From: Armatimonadota bacterium
GTDB taxonomy: Bacteria > Armatimonadota > UBA5829 > DSUL01
Assembly: GCA_039811685.1 (NCBI GenBank)
Contig: JBDHZC010000004.1
Coordinates: 1-64,000 of the forward strand
Length of the DNA: 64,000 nucleotides
Direction of reading: 5' to 3'
Made by a program: the position numbers and the translations under genes. The stretch's first letter is position 1, and the number at the start of each line of letters is the position of its first letter. Positions 1 through 10,147 of this stretch are shown piece by piece. Below the pieces are notes generated by a model, which saw only the letters and a program-made list of their open reading frames with translations, did not search any database and was not told the DNA's origin.

Positions 1-120
1 AACATTCACATTGGCGCGGAGCTTATCGTTCCGATTGCGATGGAGGAGGGTTTGCGCTTCGCCATCCGTGAAGGCGGCCATACCGTCGGCGCCGGAGTCA
101 TCTCGAAAATTCTGGAGTAA
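1..120 (+). CDS. tuf: Elongation factor Tu, C-terminal fragment (gene starts before window)
   Basis: Frame 1 reads ...[33 protein letters not shown], the EF-Tu C-terminus; directly upstream of rpsJ. Confidence 0.97.
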   Translation, partial: NIHIGAELIVPIAMEEGLRFAIREGGHTVGAGVISKILE

Positions 121-216
121 AGGCCATACAGCTCTGCCCGGGGAAGTCCATCGATTGTTTGAGCCTCGGGCGTCGCAGTGCCGGGATTTCCGGATCGTCA
201 GGATAACAAATAAAAC

Positions 217-525
217 ATGCGCAGGGATAAAGTTCGAATACGCCTGAAGGCGTTCGATCACAAAATTCTAGATCAGTCCGCAGAGCGAATCGTGGAGACA
301 GCGCGTCGCACGGGCGCCCGTATTTCGGGTCCGGTGCTCCTTCCCACCAAGAAGGAAACCTATTGCGTCATCCGTGGGCCGCACATCGATAAAGAATCGA
401 TGGAGCACTTTCAGCTTCATACGCACAAGCGTCTGATCGATATTCTGAATCCGGGACCGAAGACCATTGACGCTCTGATGCGTCTTGATCTTCCAAGCGG
501 CGTGAACATCGAGATTAGGCTCTAA
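217..525 (+). CDS. rpsJ: 30S ribosomal protein S10
   Basis: [16 protein letters not shown]...THKRLIDI motifs; first gene of S10 operon. Confidence 0.98.
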   Translation: MRRDKVRIRLKAFDHKILDQSAERIVETARRTGARISGPVLLPTKKETYCVIRGPHIDKESMEHFQLHTHKRLIDILNPGPKTIDALMRLDLPSGVNIEIRL

Positions 526-528
526 CCA

Positions 529-1215
529 ATGGAAGCTTGCATTATCGGAAAAAAGATTGGCATGACCAGCCTCTATGACGCAAGCGGGAATCTTGTCCCC
601 GTGACGGTCGTCAAGGCTGATCCGTGCGTTGTCGTTCAGCGCAAGACTGTTGGCTCGGACGGCTATAGCGCAGTGCAGATTGGGGCGTTTGAGGCCCGAC
701 TTCGCAAGGCGCCTCAGGGGAGCAAGAAGCCGAAGACTGCACTCAAGCGGCATGGCTTGAATGCACCGCAAGCCGGACATTTTGTGAAGGCTGGCACTGG
801 CTTCTACAAGCATCTGAAGGAGTTTCGGATCTCCGTTGAGGATACGGTTGAGGTCGGCCATGAACTGACCGTAGAGCAGTTCCAGCCTGGCGATACACTC
901 GCCGTCACCGGGACAAGCAAGGGGAAGGGCTTTGCGGGAGTCGTCAAGCGCTATCACTTCCATGGCGCGGATATGACACACGGCTCCATGATTCACCGCA
1001 AGCCGCAGTCCGGTGGAGCGACGGACCCGGCTCATGTTTTCAAGGGTTCCGGGCGGCCAGGCCGGATGGGCGGCGATCAGGTTACCGTCAGAAGCACCAA
1101 GGTATTCCGAGTGGACACCGAGCGTGGTTTGCTTTTGCTAAAGGGCGCCGTGCCTGGCGCCAATGGAGAAGTCGTAACCATAAAGCGTCTGAGGGCTGGA
1201 AAGGGCGAAGGATAA
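529..1215 (+). CDS. rplC: 50S ribosomal protein L3
   Basis: IGKKIGMT, DGYSAVQIG, SKGKGFAGVVKR, KGAVPG motifs. Confidence 0.98.
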   Translation: MEACIIGKKIGMTSLYDASGNLVPVTVVKADPCVVVQRKTVGSDGYSAVQIGAFEARLRKAPQGSKKPKTALKRHGLNAPQAGHFVKAGTGFYKHLKEFRISVEDTVEVGHELTVEQFQPGDTLAVTGTSKGKGFAGVVKRYHFHGADMTHGSMIHRKPQSGGATDPAHVFKGSGRPGRMGGDQVTVRSTKVFRVDTERGLLLLKGAVPGANGEVVTIKRLRAGKGEG

Positions 1216-1841
1216 TGGCAAAAGCGCCGTTGTATGACGCTTCGGGTCGGCGCGCTGGAGAGACGGATCTGTCTGAGGCGGTCTTTGGGAGCGACGTCAA
1301 TATTCCGCTGGTGCACCAGAAGGTGGTTGCAGAACGCAACGCTGCTCGCCAGGGAACGCACGACACACGCGGGCGCAGTGAGGTGGCAGGTGGAGGCCGC
1401 AAGCCCTATCGGCAGAAGGGGACCGGCCGAGCTCGGCAGGGATCGACGCGCGCGCCGCACTACCGGCATGGCGGCATTGTTTTCGGGCCTACGCCGCGCG
1501 ACTACACGCAGGACATGCCGCGCAGGATGAAACAGGCTGCGCTTCGTTCAGCGCTCAGCGCGAAGGCTGCTGATGGGCAGCTTCTTGTCATCGAAGATTT
1601 TAAATTGAGCAGGATATCCACGCGTGAGGCCGCTCTTTTGCTGGATGCGATGGAGATAGGCGCCAAAGCGTTGCTTGTGGTTGAGGACTATGACGGCACA
1701 CTGCTCAAGTCAGTGCGCAATATTCCCGGCGTAGTCTTGCGCACCGCGAGAGAAGTCTCCACTATGGATGTCGTTAACGGTGGTCAGGTAGTTCTGACTC
1801 GCGCCGCGCTGGTGAGAATTGAGGAGGCTTCCGCGAAGTGA
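1215..1841 (+). CDS. rplD: 50S ribosomal protein L4
   Basis: RQGTHDTRGRSEVAGGGRKPYRQKGTGRARQGS motif. Confidence 0.98.
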   Translation: MAKAPLYDASGRRAGETDLSEAVFGSDVNIPLVHQKVVAERNAARQGTHDTRGRSEVAGGGRKPYRQKGTGRARQGSTRAPHYRHGGIVFGPTPRDYTQDMPRRMKQAALRSALSAKAADGQLLVIEDFKLSRISTREAALLLDAMEIGAKALLVVEDYDGTLLKSVRNIPGVVLRTAREVSTMDVVNGGQVVLTRAALVRIEEASAK

Positions 1842-2128
1842 GAGACCCCTATGTCATTCTGAAAAGCCCGCACGTGACCGAGAAGTCGATGGCCGGGACA
1901 TCCTTGAGTAAATATACGTTCGTGGTTGCGCCTGATGCCAACAAGATAGAGATTCGCAACGCTGTTGAGAAGATATTCAATGTGAAGGTGGCCAAGGTCA
2001 ACACGCTGACAGTCAAGGGGAAGTCTCACCGCCGCGGCCGCGCGCCTCTTGGATACGCAGCAGATTGGAAGAAGGCGATTGTGACCCTGGTGGCAGGGCA
2101 ACAAATCGACGTCTTTGAAAGGGCCTGA
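1838..2128 (+). CDS. rplW: 50S ribosomal protein L23
   Basis: PHVTEKS, ANKIEIRNAVEKIFNVKV, WKKAIVTL; synteny. Confidence 0.97.
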   Translation: MRDPYVILKSPHVTEKSMAGTSLSKYTFVVAPDANKIEIRNAVEKIFNVKVAKVNTLTVKGKSHRRGRAPLGYAADWKKAIVTLVAGQQIDVFERA

Positions 2129-2131
2129 TAA

Positions 2132-2965
2132 ATGGCGCTGAAATCTTACAAGCCGACAACGCCCAGCCGACGCTATATGACAGTCTCGGCGTTCGAGGGC
2201 GTGGACAAGAAGAAGGCTCCAGAAAAGTCGCTTCTCCGTCCGCAGAAGAGTACTGGTGGCCGCAACAACCAGGGGCGTGCGACAGCGCGCTTTCGGGGTG
2301 GCGCTGTTCCGCAGCAGTATAGAGTTATTGACTTCAAGCGCAATAAGGACGGAGTTCCGGGAAAAGTGGCGGCGGTTGAGTACGATCCCAATCGCTCCGC
2401 GCGCATAGCGCTGATCCACTATGCCGATGGGGACAAGCGATACATCCTCTGTCCAGTCGGATTGCAGAAGGGGATGACCGTTCTGGCGGGAGCTACGGCT
2501 GAGATCCGTACTGGCAACTGCCTTCCACTTTCTGCTATCCCTGTCGGGAGCATTGTTCACAACGTGGAGCTCAATCCAGGACGTGGCGGGCAAATGGTTC
2601 GCAGTGCCGGCGGGGGCGCGCAGTTGATGGCAAAAGAGGGCAAGCACGCTTCTCTGCGTCTGCCTTCCGGCGAAATGCGTCTGGTGTTGCAGGAGTGCCG
2701 CGCGACGCTTGGGCAGGTTGGCAACATCGATCACGAAAACATTTCACTTGGTAAGGCGGGACGAAAGCGCTGGCAAGGTAAGAGGCCGCACGTTCGTGGT
2801 GTCGTTATGAACCCGAGAGACCATCCGCATGGTGGCGGCGAGGGCAAGAGCCCGGTTGGCCGCAAGCATCCAGTTTCTCCTTGGGGGAAACCGGCGCTGG
2901 GAGCGAAGACTCGCGGCAAGAAGAGTTCTGATCGAATGATCGTGCGCAGACGCAATAGTAAATAG
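2132..2965 (+). CDS. rplB: 50S ribosomal protein L2
   Basis: [40 protein letters not shown]. Confidence 0.99.
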   Translation: MALKSYKPTTPSRRYMTVSAFEGVDKKKAPEKSLLRPQKSTGGRNNQGRATARFRGGAVPQQYRVIDFKRNKDGVPGKVAAVEYDPNRSARIALIHYADGDKRYILCPVGLQKGMTVLAGATAEIRTGNCLPLSAIPVGSIVHNVELNPGRGGQMVRSAGGGAQLMAKEGKHASLRLPSGEMRLVLQECRATLGQVGNIDHENISLGKAGRKRWQGKRPHVRGVVMNPRDHPHGGGEGKSPVGRKHPVSPWGKPALGAKTRGKKSSDRMIVRRRNSK

Positions 2966-3081
2966 TCTGCGTGAAGCGCCCTTGAGGCGTATGTGGTATT
3001 GAGCCGGCGGTTGCATGTTCCACTGGTTTCTATCCAGGGAGCAGCTAAAGAGCCAGAGGGCGACCCGCTGATGAGGTATAT

Positions 3082-3363
3082 ATGGCCCGTTCACTAAAAA
3101 AGGGTCCGTACGCGGACCAGGATCTGCTCGACAAAATTGATGAGATGAACGCGAAGAAGGAAAAGAAGATACTCAAGACCTGGTCGCGTCGTTCCACCAT
3201 TTTCCCGAGTATGATCGGCCACACTTTAGCGGTGCATGACGGCCGCAAGCACGTGCCTGTGTTTATCACAGAAAACATGGTAGGACACAAGCTCGGTGAG
3301 TTCGTCCTTACCCGCACGTACCGCGGGCATGCAGGCTCCGAAAAGTCAACGGGGTCCAGATAG
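3082..3363 (+). CDS. rpsS: 30S ribosomal protein S19
   Basis: [25 protein letters not shown]. Confidence 0.99.
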   Translation: MARSLKKGPYADQDLLDKIDEMNAKKEKKILKTWSRRSTIFPSMIGHTLAVHDGRKHVPVFITENMVGHKLGEFVLTRTYRGHAGSEKSTGSR

Positions 3364-3454
3364 GTTACAAGCCCGGCGGATGCTGGTCGGAAGGTTACAC
3401 CAACCGGACCAGGTGATGACGGGTCCCTGAGGAAAGGCTGGAACAGTCTCGTAA

Positions 3455-4135
3455 ATGGCGAAGCAGACACGCGCAAGAGCTTCATACGTTCTGATGAGTC
3501 CACGTAAGGTGCGGCTGGTCCTCGATCTTGTACGGGGAAAGTACGTGGACGAGGCAGTGGCGATCCTACGCGGCACTCCGAACCGTGCCGCCAGAGTTGT
3601 GGAGAAACTGGTTCACTCAGCTACTGCTAACGCAGAGAATAACATGGGGCTGCACAGAGACGGCCTGAAAGTTGGCGGGTGCTTCGCTGACGGTGGGCCG
3701 ACGCTGAAGCGGATTCAGCCCAGAGCAATGGGGCGAGCCTACCGGATTATCAAGCGAACCAGCCACGTGACAGTCATTGTGGAAGAGGCCGAGGTCCGAA
3801 GGGCGCGGCGTCTGGCGCGCACTGTGACCAAAGCCGATGCGGCAAGTCGCAGGCGGAGCCGCGCAGCGCAGTCTGGGACGGTGGCTACGGCGGGAGCCGC
3901 CGCGGCAAAAGCTGAGCAGGAAGCGCCGCAGACAGAGGCCATGACGCCCAGCAGCGAGGAAAGTGTGGATACTTCAGCGGGCGCGTCAACCGAAGTCCAG
4001 GAAGCTGAGGCGACCGGGAGCGCATCGAGCGAAGTCGAAGTCGCTCAGACCGATGATGCGCCGCAAGAGTCTGCCGAAGGCGCTTCTGACAGTGCTGAAG
4101 ACTCACCGGATTCCGAACCAGAGGAGAGCAAGTAG
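3455..4135 (+). CDS. rplV: 50S ribosomal protein L22 with long low-complexity C-terminal extension
   Basis: SPRKVRLV, SATANAENN, RAMGRAYRIIKRTSHVTV; ~115 extra aa (Arg/Ala-rich, then Glu/Ser/Asp-rich). Confidence 0.97.
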   Translation: MAKQTRARASYVLMSPRKVRLVLDLVRGKYVDEAVAILRGTPNRAARVVEKLVHSATANAENNMGLHRDGLKVGGCFADGGPTLKRIQPRAMGRAYRIIKRTSHVTVIVEEAEVRRARRLARTVTKADAASRRRSRAAQSGTVATAGAAAAKAEQEAPQTEAMTPSSEESVDTSAGASTEVQEAEATGSASSEVEVAQTDDAPQESAEGASDSAEDSPDSEPEESK

Positions 4136-4927
4136 TTGGGTCAAAAGATTCACCCGATCGGGTTGCGGATTGGTATTATCCGTGAGCCAGACAGCAAATG
4201 GTTTGCGCAGAAGGAGTTTCCTGAGTATCTCAAGGAAGACGCGCAGATTCGCAGATTTATTCAGAAGCGACTGAATCAGGCGGGAGTTGCGCGCGTCGAG
4301 ATTGAGCGCGCTGCCAACCGCGTGAAGGTCAACCTTTTCAGCGGCAAGCCGGGAATTATCATCGGGCGCGGCGGCAAGGGTATTGATGAGTTGCAGAACC
4401 GCATCTCGAACATGATCCGCAAGCCTACGCACCTCACCGTATCAGAGATTCGAGTGCCTGACCTGGATTCGCAGTTGGTCGCCGAGAATATCGCGCAGCA
4501 AATTGAGCGCCGTGTCGCCTATAAGCGGGCGATCCGGCAGGCAGTCCTCCGGGCGATGAGGCTCGGCGCCAAGGGGATCAAAGTCCGGCTGGGTGGCCGG
4601 CTGGGTGGCTCTGAAATGGCCCGCGTGGAGAATGACAAGCAGGGAAAGATTCCGCTTCATACGCTGCGCGCCGATATTGACTACGGATTTGCTGAGGCAG
4701 CCACCACTTACGGAAACATCGGGATTAAAGTCTGGATCTACCGGGGGGACGTCCTGAAGAACGAAACCCGCAAGGAGCCGGAATACCAGCCCATGCAGCG
4801 TGGCGCGGACGGACGGCCTCCGCGTAGCGATCAGGGCGGTGGACGTGGCTACGGTGGCGGCGGACGTGGCGGACCCGGCGCAGGCCGCGGGCGTGGTGGA
4901 CCCGGCGGGCGTGGGGGCAGGAGGTAG
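4136..4927 (+). CDS. rpsC: 30S ribosomal protein S3 (TTG start, RGG-rich tail)
   Basis: GQKIHPIGLRIG, KPGIIIGRGG, PLHTLRADIDY. Confidence 0.99.
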   Translation: MGQKIHPIGLRIGIIREPDSKWFAQKEFPEYLKEDAQIRRFIQKRLNQAGVARVEIERAANRVKVNLFSGKPGIIIGRGGKGIDELQNRISNMIRKPTHLTVSEIRVPDLDSQLVAENIAQQIERRVAYKRAIRQAVLRAMRLGAKGIKVRLGGRLGGSEMARVENDKQGKIPLHTLRADIDYGFAEAATTYGNIGIKVWIYRGDVLKNETRKEPEYQPMQRGADGRPPRSDQGGGRGYGGGGRGGPGAGRGRGGPGGRGGRR

Positions 4928-4933
4928 GCTGTA

Positions 4934-5377
4934 ATGTTGATGCCAAGAAAGGTCAAGCATCGCAAGCACCATCGAGGCTCCATGGCGGGGAAGACTCTGT
5001 CTGGCGTGGAGATTAGCTTTGGCGATTTCGCTATTCAAGCGATGGAACCGTGCTGGATGACCAGCAATCAGATTGAGGCTGCTCGCGTCGCCATGACGCG
5101 CCACGTCAAGCGTGGAGGCCAGATATGGATTCGCGTCTTCCCGGATAAGCCCGTAACCAAGAAGCCGGCAGAAACTCGCATGGGCTCCGGAAAAGGGGCG
5201 CCCGAGTCGTGGGTGGCCGTTGTGAAGCCAGGGCGCATTCTCTTTGAGATGGCCGGTGTGCCTGAGTCTCTGGCTAAGGAAGCGATGCGTCTGGCAATGC
5301 ACAAACTGCCGATTAAGACGCGGTTTGTCACTAAGAAAGAAGCAGGAGAAGTCCTTGAAGAAAGCGGAGCTGCGTAG
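4934..5377 (+). CDS. rplP: 50S ribosomal protein L16
   Basis: [35 protein letters not shown]. Confidence 0.99.
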   Translation: MLMPRKVKHRKHHRGSMAGKTLSGVEISFGDFAIQAMEPCWMTSNQIEAARVAMTRHVKRGGQIWIRVFPDKPVTKKPAETRMGSGKGAPESWVAVVKPGRILFEMAGVPESLAKEAMRLAMHKLPIKTRFVTKKEAGEVLEESGAA

Positions 5378-5573
5378 GCAGGTTCAAGAATCGTCAGATG
5401 CGGAGTTGGTGAGGCTTCTCGCTGAGACTCGCAAGGAGCTCTTCCATCTGAACCTTCAGCGTGCGACCAAGCAGCTTGAGAAGGGGCATCGCATCCACGA
5501 AGCGCGTAAACAGATCGCGCGGATTCTGCAGGCACAGGGCGAGCGCGCGAGAAGCAGAGAGGTTGAGAGTTGA
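5355..5573 (+). CDS. rpmC: 50S ribosomal protein L29
   Basis: TTG at 5355 after AGGAG; MKKAELR...[31 protein letters not shown]; synteny between rplP and rpsQ. Confidence 0.93.
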   Translation: MKKAELRRQVQESSDAELVRLLAETRKELFHLNLQRATKQLEKGHRIHEARKQIARILQAQGERARSREVES

Positions 5574-5842
5574 TGGCTGAATCGACAGTCAAGAGGGGCG
5601 GGCGCAAGGTTCGGCAGGGTGTGGTCGTCAGTGACAAGATGGACAAGACGATCGTCGTGGAGATCAAGACGCTGGTGCGGCATCCGCTTTACGGGAAGAT
5701 CATGCGTCGCAGCACCAAGTTCAAAGCTCACGACGAGGCCAGTGAAGCCGGCGTCGGCGATACAGTGGAGATCATGGAGTGCCGCCCTGTCTCAAAGGAG
5801 AAGTGCTTCCGGCTGCTGCGTATCGTCGAAAAGGCCAAGTAG
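5573..5842 (+). CDS. rpsQ: 30S ribosomal protein S17
   Basis: [32 protein letters not shown]. Confidence 0.98.
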   Translation: MAESTVKRGGRKVRQGVVVSDKMDKTIVVEIKTLVRHPLYGKIMRRSTKFKAHDEASEAGVGDTVEIMECRPVSKEKCFRLLRIVEKAK

Positions 5843-5883
5843 GTCAAAAAGCAGGCGACAGCTTAGACTCTTAGAAGGACGAG

Positions 5884-6252
5884 ATGGTTCAACAGTATTC
5901 GAGACTCAGAGCGGCTGACAACTCGGGGGCGCGGGTTTTGATGTGCATCCGCGTGTTGAAGGGTAGCAACGCTAAGTACGCGCGGGTGGGCGACACGATC
6001 GTGTGCGCTGTGAAGCAGGCGACTCCCGGTGCGGCTGTGAAGAAGGGTGATGTGGTGCGCGCGGTGGTGGTGCGAACGCAGCGCCCTGTCAGACGCAACG
6101 ACGGGTCCACGCTGAAGTTTGATGACAACGCCGCCGTGCTGATTAACCCTGCGGGAGAGCCGCGAGGCACTCGCATTTTTGGGCCGGTCGCCCGCGAGTT
6201 GCGCGAGAAGAACTACATGCGCATCGTTTCGCTCGCGCCGGAAGTGCTCTAA
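5884..6252 (+). CDS. rplN: 50S ribosomal protein L14
   Basis: [36 protein letters not shown]. Confidence 0.99.
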   Translation: MVQQYSRLRAADNSGARVLMCIRVLKGSNAKYARVGDTIVCAVKQATPGAAVKKGDVVRAVVVRTQRPVRRNDGSTLKFDDNAAVLINPAGEPRGTRIFGPVARELREKNYMRIVSLAPEVL

Positions 6253-6309
6253 GCGGCGCAGATCAGAGCTTGACCGCACGCCGGCGTCGGTGGGCGATAT
6301 GGACAGATT

Positions 6310-6681
6310 GTGACAATGCAGAAAAAGCAGAACATTTTTGAAGGTAAGCTCCGGTTAAAGAAGGGGGATGAGGTTGAAATTCTCTCTGGAAAGGACCGGG
6401 GCAAGCGCGGGAAGATCGTCCAGGTTGATCCTCTCAAGGGGTTCGTTTACGTCGAAGGGCTGAACATGCAGATTCGCCATCAGCGCCCGCAGGCCGCTGG
6501 CCGGGCGATGCCCAGTACACAGACTGGTCGCATTGAGCGTCCGGGACCTCTGCATCGCAGCAAAGTGATGCTGGTGGACAAGCATACCAGCAAGCCGACG
6601 CGCATTGGGATGGGGAAGACCACTGATGGCACTCGCGGACGGGTCAGCAAGCGCACCGGGGAGTTCATAGACAATGTCTAA
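6310..6681 (+). CDS. rplX: 50S ribosomal protein L24
   Basis: [21 protein letters not shown] motif; start may be ATG 6316. Confidence 0.97.
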   Translation: MTMQKKQNIFEGKLRLKKGDEVEILSGKDRGKRGKIVQVDPLKGFVYVEGLNMQIRHQRPQAAGRAMPSTQTGRIERPGPLHRSKVMLVDKHTSKPTRIGMGKTTDGTRGRVSKRTGEFIDNV

Positions 6682-7330
6682 AGGTGAACAGGAAGTTAAA
6701 AAGGCCGCTCGAGCCTCAGGCAAGCGGTCCAAGAGCGAGGCTGACGTCGCCATGACCGAATCTGTGCCCTCAGCCACGCGCTCGGAAGAGCCGCGAATGA
6801 AGAAGCGCTACAAGGAGCAGGCGATTGCTCACTTGACCGAGCGCTTCAGCTATGGCAATGTGATGCGCGTTCCGCGGCTGGTAAAGTGCGTCGTGAGCAT
6901 GGGGGTGGGCGCAGCCATTCAAGACGCCAAGATTTTGGATGGCGCGATAAACGATATGTCCACCATCACCGGACAGAAGCCAGCCGTTCGGCGCGCTACG
7001 AAGTCGATCTCGAACTTCAAGTTGCGTGAGGGCATGGCGGTTGGGTGCATGGTGACGTTGCGCGGCAACGGGATGTACGAGTTTCTCGACAAGCTGTTCA
7101 ACCTGACACTTCCGCGGGTCCGGGACTTCGGAGGGATCTCTCCGGATTCTTTCGACGGACGCGGCAACTTTGCGATGGGTCTCAAGGAACAACTCGTCTT
7201 TCCAGAGATCGACTATGACAAGATCGATCGCATCCGAGGGATGAATATCGTCGTGGTGACTACAGCAAGAACGGACGAAGAAGGCAGGGCGCTGCTAACA
7301 GCGCTAGGATGTCCGTTCCGTCAGGCTTAG
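6674..7330 (+). CDS. rplE: 50S ribosomal protein L5 (N-terminal extension)
   Basis: ITGQKP, FKLREGM, LPRVRDF, FDGRGN, FPEIDYD. Confidence 0.98.
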   Translation: MSKGEQEVKKAARASGKRSKSEADVAMTESVPSATRSEEPRMKKRYKEQAIAHLTERFSYGNVMRVPRLVKCVVSMGVGAAIQDAKILDGAINDMSTITGQKPAVRRATKSISNFKLREGMAVGCMVTLRGNGMYEFLDKLFNLTLPRVRDFGGISPDSFDGRGNFAMGLKEQLVFPEIDYDKIDRIRGMNIVVVTTARTDEEGRALLTALGCPFRQA

Positions 7331-7365
7331 GCTTGGCGCATACAGAAAATTAGCAGGCCGGTCGT

Positions 7366-9441
7366 ATGAAGCACACAGCAGAAGCAATCCGAAATGTCGC
7401 GCTTGTAGGTCAGCGAGGCTCTGGAAAGACATCGCTGGCAGAAATGCTTCTGTACACAGCCAAGGCGATTGATCGCCTGGGACGTGTTGACGATGGGACG
7501 TCCACTTGTGATTTTGATGCTGATGAGATACAGCGCAAAATGACGATCTCAACAGCCATCGCACCGCTTGAGTGGGGCGATAGCAAGATAAACCTGTTGG
7601 ACACTCCCGGGTACTCCGACTTTGTAGGCGATGTCGCGGGCGCAGTCGCTGTCTCGGAAGCCGCCCTGATTGTGCTGGACGCTGTGGGTGGCGTGGAAGT
7701 CGGGACGGAGGTCGGCTGGGATCTGGCTGAGAAGTGCATGACTCGCGCGTTTTTCATTAACAAGATGGATCGTGAAAACGCGGACTATCTCAGCACGCTT
7801 GATTCCCTGCGAAACAGATTTGGCAACCACGTTGTAGCTCTGACGATGCCCATTGGGAGCGAGGACGCTCTTGAGGGAATTGTTGACCTCGTCCACATGA
7901 AAGCCTACACCTGGAGCAGTGGGAAGATGACCGAAGCATCGATTCCTGCGGAGCTTCAGTCTCAGGCGGATGAGCTGCGCGAGGCGTTGGTGGAGGCTGC
8001 CGCCGAGGCAAACGACGCCTTCATTGAAAAGTATTTTAATGATGGGACGCTCAGCGACGAAGAAATCGTCGAGGGCGCCCATGCGGGTATCAAGAGCGGG
8101 ATTATCTCGCCGGTGTTCTGCGGGTCAAGCGCCAGGGGGATCGGGGCGGAGCCGCTGCTGAACTTGATTGCTGAGGAGTTCCCTTCACCTGCTGAGGCGC
8201 CAGGGCGAGAAGGGCGCAAGGCTGGGTCCGACAGCGCGGAGAAGCGTGACGTAAGTAGCCCGGAGTTTTCTGCTCTTGTTTTCAAGAGCACGGCCGACCC
8301 CTACGTGGGAAAGCTGACATACTTCAAGGTGGTCAGCGGGACTGCCAGGTCTGACTCGCACATGTGGAACTCCACGCGCGAGCACGACGAGCGGGTTGGG
8401 CAGCTCTATTTTCTCAAGGGCAAGCAGCAGCAGCCCACACCGGAAATCGCTCCTGGCGACATAGGGGCAGTAGCCAAACTGCAGAATACGGTCACTGGTG
8501 ATACGCTGTGCGATCGGAACTCGGCGGTTGTTTTCAGCCCTATAGAGTTCCCCGAGCCGGTCTACTCGGTGGCGATTACGGCTAAGAGCAAGGCGGATGA
8601 GGACAAGTTGGGGCCGGCGCTTGGAAAGCTCGCGGAGGAAGATCCGACCTTCCGCTATCACCGGGATCCTGAGACGGGAGAAACCCTGATCAGTGGTCTG
8701 GGCGATACGCACGTGGACATTATCATTGACAGGCTGAAGAGAAAATTCGGCGTGCAGGTGGACTCCGCTATCCCGTCGATTCCATACCGGGAGACGATTC
8801 TCGCCAGTGCCAAGGCGCAGGGGCGCCACAAGAAGCAGACTGGTGGACGGGGTCAGTTCGGCGATTGCTGGGTTGAGTTTGAGCCGGTTGAGAGAGGCGC
8901 AGGTTTTCAGTTTGTTGACGCGGTGGTCGGAGGAGCGATTCCTCGACAGTATATTCCGGCTGTTGAAAAGGGAATCCGCGAGTCGATGGAGAGGGGACTG
9001 CTCGCTGGCTATCCGGTCGTGGATGTTCGAGCCAGAGTGTATGACGGTTCTTTTCATCCGGTGGACTCCTCCGAGATGGCGTTCAAGATGGCCGGCGCGG
9101 CCGCGTTGCACAATGCCGCCGAGAAGGCGTCACCGGTGATACTGGAGCCTATTGTGACTGCCGAGATTCGTGTGCCGGACGAGTACATGGGCGATGTTAT
9201 AGGCGATCTGAACGGAAAGCGCGGCAGAATTCTGGGCATGGAGCCGGATGGCAGCGGCAAGCAGCTTGTGAAGGCGCAGGTGCCGCTGGCAGAGATGCAG
9301 CGCTATGCGATTGACTTAAAGTCCATTGCGCACGGGCGAGGTACGTTCAGAATTCAGCCGAGTCACTATGAAGAAGTGCCTCCCGTTCAGACAAAGGAAA
9401 TCATCGAACACAAGAAGCGTGAACATCACGTTGAAGAGTAG
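7366..9441 (+). CDS. fusA2: Elongation factor G paralogue (EF-G II / EF-G2 type)
   Basis: Full-length EF-G architecture; G1 GQRGSGKT, switch I RKMTI, G3 DTPGY, G4 NKMD, domain IV KKQTGGRGQFG and DGSFHPVDSSEMAF. Confidence 0.93.
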   Translation: MKHTAEAIRNVALVGQRGSGKTSLAEMLLYTAKAIDRLGRVDDGTSTCDFDADEIQRKMTISTAIAPLEWGDSKINLLDTPGYSDFVGDVAGAVAVSEAALIVLDAVGGVEVGTEVGWDLAEKCMTRAFFINKMDRENADYLSTLDSLRNRFGNHVVALTMPIGSEDALEGIVDLVHMKAYTWSSGKMTEASIPAELQSQADELREALVEAAAEANDAFIEKYFNDGTLSDEEIVEGAHAGIKSGIISPVFCGSSARGIGAEPLLNLIAEEFPSPAEAPGREGRKAGSDSAEKRDVSSPEFSALVFKSTADPYVGKLTYFKVVSGTARSDSHMWNSTREHDERVGQLYFLKGKQQQPTPEIAPGDIGAVAKLQNTVTGDTLCDRNSAVVFSPIEFPEPVYSVAITAKSKADEDKLGPALGKLAEEDPTFRYHRDPETGETLISGLGDTHVDIIIDRLKRKFGVQVDSAIPSIPYRETILASAKAQGRHKKQTGGRGQFGDCWVEFEPVERGAGFQFVDAVVGGAIPRQYIPAVEKGIRESMERGLLAGYPVVDVRARVYDGSFHPVDSSEMAFKMAGAAALHNAAEKASPVILEPIVTAEIRVPDEYMGDVIGDLNGKRGRILGMEPDGSGKQLVKAQVPLAEMQRYAIDLKSIAHGRGTFRIQPSHYEEVPPVQTKEIIEHKKREHHVEE

Positions 9442-9517
9442 CTGACAGGTTTGAGTTGAGGGCTACCACCTCAGCTCGTTAAGATTGTAGAAGACAAGCA
9501 AACAGGAGCAGTACCTT

Positions 9518-9712
9518 TTGGCAAAGCAAGCGTTAATTGAGAAGGCCGAACGTCTCAGAAAGCATCCCAAGTTCAAAGTACGCGTCTACAACAGATGCAG
9601 TCTGTGCGGTCGGCCACGGGGCTTCATCCGCCGCTTCGGCATCTGCCGGATCTGCTTCCGTGAGATGTCCCACAAGGGATTCATCCCCGGCGTTCGCAAG
9701 GCGAGCTGGTAG
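9518..9712 (+). CDS. rpsN: 30S ribosomal protein S14 type Z (zinc-binding)
   Basis: [12 protein letters not shown]...GICRICFRE...[11 protein letters not shown] start after AGGAG. Confidence 0.98.
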   Translation: MAKQALIEKAERLRKHPKFKVRVYNRCSLCGRPRGFIRRFGICRICFREMSHKGFIPGVRKASW

Positions 9713-9724
9713 GAGAGCTAGAAC

Positions 9725-10129
9725 ATGCCTGTTACAGACACAGTTGCAGATGTACTGACCAGACTGCGCAATGCCAACCGAGCCCTGCACGACTCGACAG
9801 TGGTGCCCACGTCGAAGTTTACGCTGGAACTGCTGCGCATTTTGCAGGAAGAGGGCTACATACGGGGCTTTGAGGCCGTTCCGGACAGCGCTCCGCAAGA
9901 GATGACGCGGGTACATCTGAAGTACGTTGGCCCGAAGCGCGAGCGCGTACTAAATAATTTGCAGCGCGTTTCCAAGCCCGGGCTTCGGGTGTACAAACCG
10001 AAAACCGAGATACCCCGCGTGTTGAAGGGATTGGGAATTGCGATTGTCTCCACATCTCGCGGTCTGGTGACCGATCGTGTGGCGCGCAAGCTGGGCGTAG
10101 GCGGAGAAGTTATCTGCCACGTCTGGTAG
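9725..10129 (+). CDS. rpsH: 30S ribosomal protein S8
   Basis: DVLTRLRNA, RVSKPGLRVY, STSRG, GGEVICHVW. Confidence 0.98.
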   Translation: MPVTDTVADVLTRLRNANRALHDSTVVPTSKFTLELLRILQEEGYIRGFEAVPDSAPQEMTRVHLKYVGPKRERVLNNLQRVSKPGLRVYKPKTEIPRVLKGLGIAIVSTSRGLVTDRVARKLGVGGEVICHVW

Positions 10130-10147
10130 TATCTCCAAGGAGAAGTA

